Source: a virus (taxonomy: Duplodnaviria > Caudoviricetes). Taken from it: a stretch of DNA of 63,739 nucleotides. The position numbers were made by a program, and so were the translations under genes. Of this stretch, positions 55,953 through 63,739 are shown piece by piece. Numbering within the stretch: position 1 is the first letter of the stretch; each line of letters opens with the position of its first letter. The notes below the pieces were generated by a model, which was not told where the DNA came from, searched no databases, and worked only from the letters and a program-made list of their open reading frames with translations. The stretch is taken from positions 1 to 63,739 of IMG/VR virus record IMGVR_UViG_3300047560_001667; one strand, written 5' to 3'.

Positions 55953-57755
55953 ATGGCTATTATCATTGATACAGAATGCTACAAAAACTACTGGTTATTC
56001 GCCGCGCTCAACACAGAGACTAAACGTGTACGCCAAGTAGAAATTTACGACAACGCGTCTCTATCTGAAGACGATATTAAACTCATACGCGATACGATGA
56101 AGCGAGAAACAGTTAGCTTCAATGGTATCAAGTATGACCTACCTATGATTACCGCTGCGCTATCTGGCTATACGACCAAAGCACTACACAAACTCAGCAA
56201 TGAACTCATCTTATCTAATCTCCCTTCTTGGCACATTGTCCGTCAGCACGAGCTAAACGTAGCGGACTACACTCACATAGACTTAATTGAAATCGCTATC
56301 GGTCAAGGGAGTCTTAAAGTGTATGGGAGTAGACTGCATTGCAAAACCCTGCAAGATTTACCTATTGAACCCGATGAGATTATCTCCCCTGCTCAACGTG
56401 AGCAACTTAAAGTGTACTGTCGCAATGACCTTGAGTTAACGCAGCTGCTCTACACTACCCTGCTACCTCAAATTGAACTGCGCAAATCGATGAGTAAGCA
56501 ATACGGTATTGATCTTAATTCTAAGTCTGATGCGCAAATTGCTGAAGCACTCATCAAATCTGAGATGCAATCACTCTATAAGATACCTTTAGCTAAGTTC
56601 AAAGCGAAAAGCTACGATGCGCGGCACAGCTTCAACTATCGTGATCCAAAGATTATCAAGTTCAAATCAGCTGAGCTAAACGCTGTGTTTAAAAGATTAC
56701 TCACTGAGAAGTTCACCATTGCAGATAGCGGTACACTTGAATGTCCTAAATGGTTGAGTGAGCGTATCACTATAGGAACAACCGAGTATCAAATGGGTAT
56801 CGGTGGTATTCACTCCTGTGAAAAAGCACAGTACATCACAAGCAATGACGAGTACGCACTATCTGATTTTGATGTTGGCTCATTCTATCCGAGCATCATT
56901 ATGCAGCAACAGCTTTACCCAGATACATTAGGTAAAGACTTCTTAACTCTCTATAAGTCTATTATCAATCGCCGTATTGAAGCTAAACGCAATGGGGATA
57001 AAGTCACAGCGGACACACTTAAAATTTGTTTGAACGGGAGCTACGGCAAGTTCGGCAGTAAGTACAGTTTCCTATATTCACCTGAGCTGTTATTGCAGAC
57101 TACGATTACAGGTCAACTATCTTTGCTCATGCTAATCGAAACGCTTGAAGGTAATGGCATTAAAGTGGTGAGTGCGAATACCGATGGGATTGTTGTTTAT
57201 TATAAGTACACCGAGTTAGACAAAGTACATGATTTGCTTTGGGATTGGGAGCTTCAGACATCTTATCAACTTGAGCAAACAGATTACCAAGAAATAGCAT
57301 CAAGAGATGTGAACTCATACCTTGCCATTAAAACGGATGGTAGCTACAAAGGTAAAGGTATCTTCACCGCTGAGTCTATTGGTAAGAATCCTGATGGTCG
57401 CATTGTGTATGACGCAGTAACGCAGCGGGTTATCAATGGTACACCAATCCAGCAAACTATTTCCGAGTGTAAAGACATCACTAAGTTCATTAGCTGTCGA
57501 AGAGTTACAGGTGGTGCTGTGTTTGATGGTGAGTACTTAGGTAAAGCCATTCGTTTCTATCACAGCAATGACCCTGCTTTGCAAGATAAACAATTAGAGT
57601 ACAAGAAGAACGGAAACAAAGTCCCACTCTCACAAGCGTGTCGCCCTTGCATGGTACTGCCTGATACATTCCCTGTGGACGTGGATTTAAATTACTACAT
57701 TACAAAAGCAAACGAATTACTAGAGGATATTGGTTATGTTAGAAAAGCAAGTTGA
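55953..57755 (+). CDS. DNA polymerase, family B-like, with 3'-5' exonuclease
   Basis: IIIDTECY (ExoI), FNG..YD (ExoII), YC.ND (ExoIII); DVGSFYPSII (A), K..LNGSYGK (B), SANTDG (C). Confidence 0.88.
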   Translation: MAIIIDTECYKNYWLFAALNTETKRVRQVEIYDNASLSEDDIKLIRDTMKRETVSFNGIKYDLPMITAALSGYTTKALHKLSNELILSNLPSWHIVRQHELNVADYTHIDLIEIAIGQGSLKVYGSRLHCKTLQDLPIEPDEIISPAQREQLKVYCRNDLELTQLLYTTLLPQIELRKSMSKQYGIDLNSKSDAQIAEALIKSEMQSLYKIPLAKFKAKSYDARHSFNYRDPKIIKFKSAELNAVFKRLLTEKFTIADSGTLECPKWLSERITIGTTEYQMGIGGIHSCEKAQYITSNDEYALSDFDVGSFYPSIIMQQQLYPDTLGKDFLTLYKSIINRRIEAKRNGDKVTADTLKICLNGSYGKFGSKYSFLYSPELLLQTTITGQLSLLMLIETLEGNGIKVVSANTDGIVVYYKYTELDKVHDLLWDWELQTSYQLEQTDYQEIASRDVNSYLAIKTDGSYKGKGIFTAESIGKNPDGRIVYDAVTQRVINGTPIQQTISECKDITKFISCRRVTGGAVFDGEYLGKAIRFYHSNDPALQDKQLEYKKNGNKVPLSQACRPCMVLPDTFPVDVDLNYYITKANELLEDIGYVRKAS

Positions 57756-58020
57756 GAAATACTTATGTGACAAAGTCAAAGAGATTGGTGGTCTATGTGA
57801 AAAGTTCACATCACCAGGGAGACGAGCGGTACCTGACCGCCTCATCACTCTACCAGAAAATAACATTAGTTTTGTAGAACTCAAAGCACCAGGGAGAAAA
57901 GCAACCGCAGCTCAAGAGCGAGATCATGAGAAGCGCAGAGCTTTAGGGGTTAAAGTCTATGTGCTCAATTCAATCAAGCAAGTGGACGATTGGATTGAAG
58001 ACGTGACGAGGATTTACTGA
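57736..58020 (+). CDS. VRR-NUC domain nuclease
   Basis: E..VE..L, SPGRR.VPDRL, FVELKAPG...Q. Confidence 0.92.
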   Translation: MLEKQVEKYLCDKVKEIGGLCEKFTSPGRRAVPDRLITLPENNISFVELKAPGRKATAAQERDHEKRRALGVKVYVLNSIKQVDDWIEDVTRIY

Positions 58021-59351
58021 TGCTACATAAACATGATATGCATAAGTATCAGTTTCACACTGTTGACTTTATCAAAGAAAAGAAACGCGCCATGCTACTA
58101 CTAAGTATGGGTATGGGTAAGACGGTGTCTACCCTCACAGCAATTAGTGATTTGATAGATAGCTTCTGTGTAAACAAAGTTCTTATTGTCGCACCCCTGC
58201 GCGTAGCTAATAGTGTATGGAAACAAGAGGCTGCGCTGTGGTCACATCTTAAAGGTCTACGCTTTCAAATCGTGACTGGATCGCAGCAAACAAGACTCAA
58301 AGCCTTGCAGTTTGACGCGGATGTGTACGTCATCAATAGAGAAAACATCGAGTGGATTGTCACGCACTACGGTAAGAACTTTCCTTTCGATATGGTGGTA
58401 GTGGATGAGTCGAGTTCCCTAAAAAACGCAGGGAGTAAACGATTCAAAGCTATGAAGAAAGTACTTCCATTCGTTAACTACATGGTGCTGTTAACAGGTA
58501 CACCTTCACCTAATGGACTACTCGACTTATGGCCGCAGTGTTATCTCGTAGACTACGGTGTATCGCTGGGTAAAACCATGACAGTATTCAAGCATCGCTT
58601 CTTTGAAACAGATTATATGGGCTATAAGTTTACGCCTAGAGCTGGTGCACAGGAACAGATTGAAAAGTTAATGAGTAGCTACACGCTGTCTATGCAAGCG
58701 GAAGATTATCTTGAACTCCCTGAGCGTATCTATTTGTACGAAACAGTGTCGCTTAGCAAACCAGTCTTAACTGCATATAAAGAGTTTGAGAAGAATTTGT
58801 TCACTGAGATTGAAGGTCATGAGATTGAAGCGCTGAGCGCTGGGGTGCTTGCAAATAAACTTTTGCAATATGCTAACGGATCACAGTACACCGATGAGTT
58901 TCATAACTACGTTGTGACGCATGATGAAAAGCTGGATGCACTTGCTGAGTTAATTGAAACCAATGAGGGTGATAATATCCTTGTGGCATACAACTATAAG
59001 GCTGATCTTGAAAGGCTTCAGAAAAGGTTCGGCACTGGTATCCTTTTAGATGGTAAACAATCCACCATCGATAATTGGAACGCGAAAAAAATTAAATTGC
59101 TTTTTGCCCACCCCCAATCATTTGGTCATGGCATAAACATTCAACATGGAGGCTCAATGATTGTATGGTTTTCTTTAGTGTGGTCGCTTGAATATTATCA
59201 GCAGTTCAATGCTCGACTCCATCGGCAAGGGCAGACGATGCCGGTTAGGATTATTCATTTAGTGGCAGAGGGTACCATCGATGAGCGTGTAGTTAACGTG
59301 TTGAAAGATAAAGACATTTCGCAATCATCGCTTTTAAAAGCATTGCGGTAA
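58020..59351 (+). CDS. SNF2-family helicase
   Basis: MGMGKT, VVVDESS, LTGTP, GHGINIQ, Q.NARLHRQGQ. Confidence 0.93.
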   Translation: MLHKHDMHKYQFHTVDFIKEKKRAMLLLSMGMGKTVSTLTAISDLIDSFCVNKVLIVAPLRVANSVWKQEAALWSHLKGLRFQIVTGSQQTRLKALQFDADVYVINRENIEWIVTHYGKNFPFDMVVVDESSSLKNAGSKRFKAMKKVLPFVNYMVLLTGTPSPNGLLDLWPQCYLVDYGVSLGKTMTVFKHRFFETDYMGYKFTPRAGAQEQIEKLMSSYTLSMQAEDYLELPERIYLYETVSLSKPVLTAYKEFEKNLFTEIEGHEIEALSAGVLANKLLQYANGSQYTDEFHNYVVTHDEKLDALAELIETNEGDNILVAYNYKADLERLQKRFGTGILLDGKQSTIDNWNAKKIKLLFAHPQSFGHGINIQHGGSMIVWFSLVWSLEYYQQFNARLHRQGQTMPVRIIHLVAEGTIDERVVNVLKDKDISQSSLLKALR

Positions 59352-59373
59352 TGAAAATAGTGTCAGCCTATGG

Positions 59374-59402
59374 TTGACAATCATTGAATTTGATTTTAAA
59401 GT
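59374..59402 (+). promoter_or_regulatory. putative sigma70 promoter
   Basis: TTGACA-17 bp-TAAAGT; TGTCAGC-N5-GTTGACA dyad over the -35. Confidence 0.5.
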
Positions 59403-59830
59403 ATGCGCCAAGTTACACAAAAAGCTCTTTAACAATTTAGATACACAAAAGACAGTAAACATTAACCGCGCTGATACGTCAGCGCAATTTAACCTAAAAG
59501 GATGAAACAATGAAAGATTTCGATTATGACAATGACGCAAGCTGGGATGCAGACTATGACCCAGAAGACTATCCTACAGCACGTAGACCATATCACTGGT
59601 TAACACCAGAGCAAACACAATCACTAGTAGAAGAATCAAAATTAAAAAGCTATTTGGAGAAACATAAATGAACGACGTAATTCAATTATTAACATGGCTC
59701 GATGAGTCAAATGTAGCCTACATTGTGATGATATTGTGTTTTCTTGTGATGGCATGGCTACAAAACAAACTGCATAAGGAGAACATTCGTCTCCGTAAAG
59801 TATTATCTAAAGCTGTATTGGGAGACTAAC

Positions 59831-60037
59831 ATGAGCGCAACACTTAGTGAAAAATATAGAAACAAAAAAATAATAAAAGGCATCCTATCTTCGTACGAAA
59901 AGCAACAAATGATTGAGGCTTTAGATAGCATGAATAAAGCAGTAGATACCATAGCCGATAAAGATGCTAGATGGGCATTAGATGAATTTAAAACGTGTAT
60001 GTGGATACTGACTAACAGATTTAAGGTGGAGAACTAA
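59831..60037 (+). CDS. hypothetical protein
   Basis: GGAG RBS. Confidence 0.65.
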   Translation: MSATLSEKYRNKKIIKGILSSYEKQQMIEALDSMNKAVDTIADKDARWALDEFKTCMWILTNRFKVEN

Positions 60038-60038
60038 C

Positions 60039-60287
60039 ATGAGCGCAACATTAGTATTAACACTTAGCTTTTTAACTATCGACACTAACATCGACAAGAA
60101 AGGGCGCACAACATCTCACGAAACGATTGCATACACCACGAGTGTAATTCCCTACGACAACATGACTGCTTGCACTAACGCTAAGGAGGAGTGGAACTTA
60201 GCGATAGGGGCTTATCAAATGAGCAAACGCCCAACAAGAATTATCACAGCAGTATGTAACGACTCAGCTATGGGGACAGTACAATGA
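60039..60287 (+). CDS. small, possibly exported protein with two Cys
   Basis: Hydrophobic N-terminus; ACTNA...AVC. Confidence 0.65.
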   Translation: MSATLVLTLSFLTIDTNIDKKGRTTSHETIAYTTSVIPYDNMTACTNAKEEWNLAIGAYQMSKRPTRIITAVCNDSAMGTVQ

Positions 60288-60595
60288 TTAAAAAAGAAAC
60301 GATAGGAGCTAAACCTTTTTACCTCCCAGGGGACATAGTTACAAGTATTCACGGAGACAAAGGTGTAATAGTAGAGGCACACGTTATTGTTAATGGTATG
60401 GAGTTTGAATGGAATGGTGATGAAGAAATCCCTGCTTTTGAGCACGGATCGAGACCTGCGTACGCTATAACATGGTTTGCCAATTCACAAGGTGGTACAG
60501 ATTGCACTGAGAATAAATGCGCATGGTGGGAATCCCATGAGTGGGCGGACGTAGAGCTTGGACTAGTGCATAAAATACAGAGGGGTGAGCAATGA
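60284..60595 (+). CDS. hypothetical protein (SH3/KOW-like)
   Basis: PGDIV.S..G.KGVI pattern; ATGA overlaps. Confidence 0.6.
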   Translation: MIKKETIGAKPFYLPGDIVTSIHGDKGVIVEAHVIVNGMEFEWNGDEEIPAFEHGSRPAYAITWFANSQGGTDCTENKCAWWESHEWADVELGLVHKIQRGEQ

Positions 60596-60801
60596 CAGCC
60601 GTGACAATTAAGCAGTTCATAGAAAAGACAGGTATATCGCAACGTACTTTAAATCGTAGGCTCGGTATGCTTAACGCACATCCTGTTGGGACAACGATGC
60701 AACAGAGAACTTCCTTCCTGTGGTCGCTGGAGGATTTAGAAAAAGCCTTGTCACTTGTTGGTGTGTACACAGCCCCTCGTGGTAGACGTAGAAAGGGGTA
60801 G
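60592..60801 (+). CDS. excisionase/MerR-like winged-HTH protein
   Basis: TIKQF.EKTGISQRTL.R...W..EDL; basic PRGRRRK tail. Confidence 0.6.
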   Translation: MTAVTIKQFIEKTGISQRTLNRRLGMLNAHPVGTTMQQRTSFLWSLEDLEKALSLVGVYTAPRGRRRKG

Positions 60802-60803
60802 CT

Positions 60804-61007
60804 ATGAAAGACGAATATAAAGGCTGGGTAGTAGCCGCTATTATGACGGTGTGTTTTATCATAGGGCAAGTAACAAGCTATGTGGACAACAAGCATAAGC
60901 ACACCATCATCAAGACTAACATCGGTGAGTTTATTCTACGGGACGGCAAACTATATGGGGTATATGAGATGAGTCGTGACACTCAAGGTAATATGGTGGT
61001 GAGATGA
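60804..61007 (+). CDS. small membrane-anchored protein
   Basis: N-terminal hydrophobic helix. Confidence 0.6.
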   Translation: MKDEYKGWVVAAIMTVCFIIGQVTSYVDNKHKHTIIKTNIGEFILRDGKLYGVYEMSRDTQGNMVVR

Positions 61008-61355
61008 ACGATGATAAAGAAGAAAGCATAGCTGACTTTGTTGAACATTCAGTGATGTGGATGGCTCTAGTTTTTAAAATCTTAATGTACCAATTATTTA
61101 AGTGGAAAATATGAACATATAAAGCATATGGGAGATGAAAATGACAAAAACTGAAGTGTATAAACGCCTAGAGATGGCACAAAAGAATAAAAAGGAATTG
61201 AAGAAAGTTAAACTTAAAATCCTCGCAGAAATACAGCAGCTCAAGCTTATGCTGCGAGCGATGGAGGAGCAGGAGGTATTAGATGGCTGAGTTGATTTAC
61301 TGGACGGGTATTGTGGTGATGGTCGTCTGCTTTACGATTGAATACTATTCGAGAA

Positions 61356-61529
61356 ATGATGACGATGACTATAGATAAAGTGAGTAAGGTAGAACCAGTA
61401 AATTCTCTACCCAGTGCAACAAACTGCAAACATGAGCACTGGCGAGTCTATCAGTCACATGGTTATCGTGAGTGTGATAGATGCAAAGAGAAGCGACCTA
61501 TTTTTAATGTAGTGAAGCACCAGCGATGA
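61356..61529 (+). CDS. small zinc-binding protein
   Basis: CKHEHW...ECDRC; start uncertain. Confidence 0.55.
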   Translation: MMTMTIDKVSKVEPVNSLPSATNCKHEHWRVYQSHGYRECDRCKEKRPIFNVVKHQR

Positions 61530-61771
61530 ACATAAGTCAGATATTTATAGGGCTTAGCCCCTTTTTAAAAGACAGATTCACCAGCGAAGTATTTACACTT
61601 GGACTCATTCATGAGTTTAGTGAAGAGCGATTTCAAGCGCGATGTAGACAGCTTATACGCCAGCATAATGGTGAGAGTCGAAAGTTATATAAAGCACTAG
61701 TCAATCTAAATGCAAAAGAGCGGGCTAGATTTTTTGATGTGGTGAGTGGAGTGAGTGATGGAAGAACTTAA
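61526..61771 (+). CDS. hypothetical protein
   Basis: ATGA overlap. Confidence 0.6.
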   Translation: MNISQIFIGLSPFLKDRFTSEVFTLGLIHEFSEERFQARCRQLIRQHNGESRKLYKALVNLNAKERARFFDVVSGVSDGRT

Positions 61772-61997
61772 TGAGTTTCAACAGGTGCTTAAAACAATAT
61801 TAGAAAAGCAAAGATCTCCTTGGATAACACCACTGCTTCCTCATGAAAGGCAGATATATAAAATGATTTACCCTGACTTACTAAAAGCAGCTAAGGAACA
61901 ATTTAAAATAAATAGCGAAGCGTACATGAAAACACATTTAGAGGAGTTTAAAAATGACGGCACTTCCGATATGGTTGATGGGCGTACGGTTAACTGA
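61758..61997 (+). CDS. hypothetical protein
   Basis: GGAG RBS; operon packing. Confidence 0.6.
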   Translation: MEELNEFQQVLKTILEKQRSPWITPLLPHERQIYKMIYPDLLKAAKEQFKINSEAYMKTHLEEFKNDGTSDMVDGRTVN

Positions 61998-62136
61998 CGA
62001 AGAAGTTAAAGAGATATGTGAGTCCATACCAAAATACACGCCTTTAGCAGAAGGTAAAAAACTATTTGCGTCTAGGATTCAAGATGTAATGTATGAAAAA
62101 GTTACTAAGGGGATAAAGAATGCCACACAAGATTGA
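61954..62136 (+). CDS. hypothetical protein
   Basis: GAGGAG RBS. Confidence 0.55.
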   Translation: MTALPIWLMGVRLTDEEVKEICESIPKYTPLAEGKKLFASRIQDVMYEKVTKGIKNATQD

Positions 62137-62755
62137 ACAAAAGATTACAGGGTATAAAGTAGTAGACAAGGAATCCTTGACAGTTGAACTGCAACCACAA
62201 GAGGTCATGCACGAGCTACTACCAAGACCAGAGCACCTACAAGGGACAACGTATAAAATTAAGACACCTCAGTCTGAACACGCGCTGTATATCACGATTA
62301 ACGATATGGTTTTAAATGGTAATGAGCGTCATCCCTATGAGATGTTTATTAACAGTAAGAACATGGAGCACTTTCAGTGGGTGCTTGCATTGACTCGTTT
62401 AGTGTCTGCTGTGTGGCGCAAAGGTGGTGACTCTACTTTCCTTGTAGAAGAACTTAAAAATGTCTTTGACCCGAAGGGTGGCTACTATAAACGTGGTGGT
62501 GTCTATATGCCTTCGCTGGTGGCTGAGATAGGAACAGTTATCGAGCAGCATTTAATAGCAACTGGAGTTATTAAAGTTGAGGTGGATGAACACATGGAGA
62601 AATTCATCAAAGCAAAGCGCGAAGAAGTGATGGGAAGTGAAGAAACTGGATACCCTGCTAATGCCACCATGTGCGGTGAGTGTAATACGAAAGCTACAGT
62701 AATGATGGATAACTGCAAAGTATGCTTATGTTGCGGCAGCTCTAAATGCAATTGA
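62120..62755 (+). CDS. stand-alone NrdJb/TSCPD-domain protein (C-terminal part of class II ribonucleotide reductase)
   Basis: RPE.L.GTTYKIKTP.SEHALYITIND...P.E.FINSKNMEHFQW..ALTR..SAV.RKGGD; terminal C..C...C.CCG.SKC. Confidence 0.85.
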   Translation: MPHKIEQKITGYKVVDKESLTVELQPQEVMHELLPRPEHLQGTTYKIKTPQSEHALYITINDMVLNGNERHPYEMFINSKNMEHFQWVLALTRLVSAVWRKGGDSTFLVEELKNVFDPKGGYYKRGGVYMPSLVAEIGTVIEQHLIATGVIKVEVDEHMEKFIKAKREEVMGSEETGYPANATMCGECNTKATVMMDNCKVCLCCGSSKCN

Positions 62756-62847
62756 GAGGTGACTATGGCTGATTTTATATTAGGTATGATAGTTGGGATA
62801 GTTATTTTCTTCACTGGGCTTATGCTAGGTAAAAACTGGGGTGATTT

Positions 62848-63060
62848 ATGATTAGAGTAGCAACAGCGATTGTTTCAAAAACTATCTATGCTGGTAAATT
62901 GAATAAAAAAGGTACTGCTTTTCTTGCCAATAAAACTGACGTTACTAGTGATGTGCTAAAAGCAATTATAGAGTACGTTGGGACAGACAATACCCATATC
63001 GTTAAAGTTGGTGGTAAACCAATATATGAAATAGATGTAACTAAGATAGGTGATTTATGA
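62848..63060 (+). CDS. conserved small phage protein
   Basis: IYAG.L...K.DVT.D pattern. Confidence 0.65.
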   Translation: MIRVATAIVSKTIYAGKLNKKGTAFLANKTDVTSDVLKAIIEYVGTDNTHIVKVGGKPIYEIDVTKIGDL

Positions 63061-63227
63061 AAGATAGCAATAATTTTTTAATATTCTTAGCAGTATCGTT
63101 TTTTGTAATTTTGTTTATAGAGATGGGGATGATTGAATTTACTCACATAAAAGTAGATTGCATTAAAAACACGTCAAAAGAATGCTATTCCGTAGACCAA
63201 ATTTATAAACTATGTGGGGTGTGAGTT

Positions 63228-63650
63228 ATGAAAGACATTAAAAAAGAAATTGAAAATTTAAAAACACGCATTCAAGAGTTAGAAAATAAAATTGCTGAAC
63301 CTGTTAAGTGGTCGCCAGTTGGCGGGGATTGGTTTATTGACGATGAAGGAATTGTTTTTCACTCCCCTTCAACACAAGGTATGAAAGAATTTGGACATGA
63401 ACGCCCAATCAACGAACAAGCTGAACGCGCAGCAGTTGAGATGCGTAGGTTTAACAGATTGCTGGCATTGCGTGATGAGTTATGTGGGGATGCTGTAAGA
63501 CACGTTTATGAACTTAGCTTTGATACGGAAGATAAAAAATGGGTGGTATCGGATATTGGATGTTTTAAAGGTGTGTCAGTTGGTTTTGAATATGAAAATC
63601 ATGCCCAACGCGCTTGCGATATGTTGAACAGCGGAGAGGTGGAATTATGA
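63228..63650 (+). CDS. hypothetical protein
   Basis: N-terminal coiled coil; its stop overlaps the start of the gene at 35 across the junction. Confidence 0.7.
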   Translation: MKDIKKEIENLKTRIQELENKIAEPVKWSPVGGDWFIDDEGIVFHSPSTQGMKEFGHERPINEQAERAAVEMRRFNRLLALRDELCGDAVRHVYELSFDTEDKKWVVSDIGCFKGVSVGFEYENHAQRACDMLNSGEVEL

Positions 63651-63739
63651 CTTCACATATACTTGATGCGCTATATGCGTTTTTATTATTTATCATGGCA
63701 GGTTTTTACGGATATAAACGTGATTTGTTTAAATTTTTA
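63613..63739. repeat. 127-bp terminal direct repeat (copy 2)
   Basis: Identical to 1-127. Confidence 0.95.

Noticed and set aside
1-63739. tRNA genes or stop-codon reassignment
   Set aside because: No cloverleaf recognised by eye in intergenic gaps (tRNAscan not run); long genes are intact in the standard code and all three stop codons are used.

Overview
The window looks like a complete, circularly assembled genome of a tailed dsDNA phage (Caudoviricetes, podovirus-like organisation). Bases 1-127 are repeated exactly at 63613-63739, typical of an assembler overlap, so the unique length is about 63.6 kb. The minus strand from about 45.3 kb to 4.9 kb is one morphogenesis block: TerS, TerL, portal, GroES, a Tad2/DUF2829-like protein, scaffold, major capsid, small basic proteins, adaptors, two fibre/receptor-binding sets, holin plus M15 endolysin, tail tubular protein and several ejection proteins ending in a 2168-aa polyvalent protein. 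Two free-standing GIY-YIG endonucleases sit inside this block. The plus strand carries small early genes (46-48 kb), a replication module (DUF2800 nuclease, DUF2815 SSB, family B polymerase, VRR-NUC, SNF2 helicase, with a primase-helicase on the minus strand) and nucleotide genes (dUTPase, ThyX, stand-alone NrdJb-like). I recognised no integrase, tRNA, CRISPR array or reverse transcriptase. The most unusual signals are non-coding: (1) a repeat-delimited array of structured RNA cassettes at 55.2-55.9 kb, with a fourth copy of the motif upstream of groES; (2) twelve consensus DnaA boxes, ten of them in a 15-bp tandem array, between the late and early regions; (3) two consensus NtrC boxes just downstream of an early sigma70-like promoter; (4) an iteron/IHF origin-like region; (5) an orphan DGR-like variable region in a C-type-lectin-fold tail protein. 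All protein family calls are from motif recognition by eye; no database searches were run.
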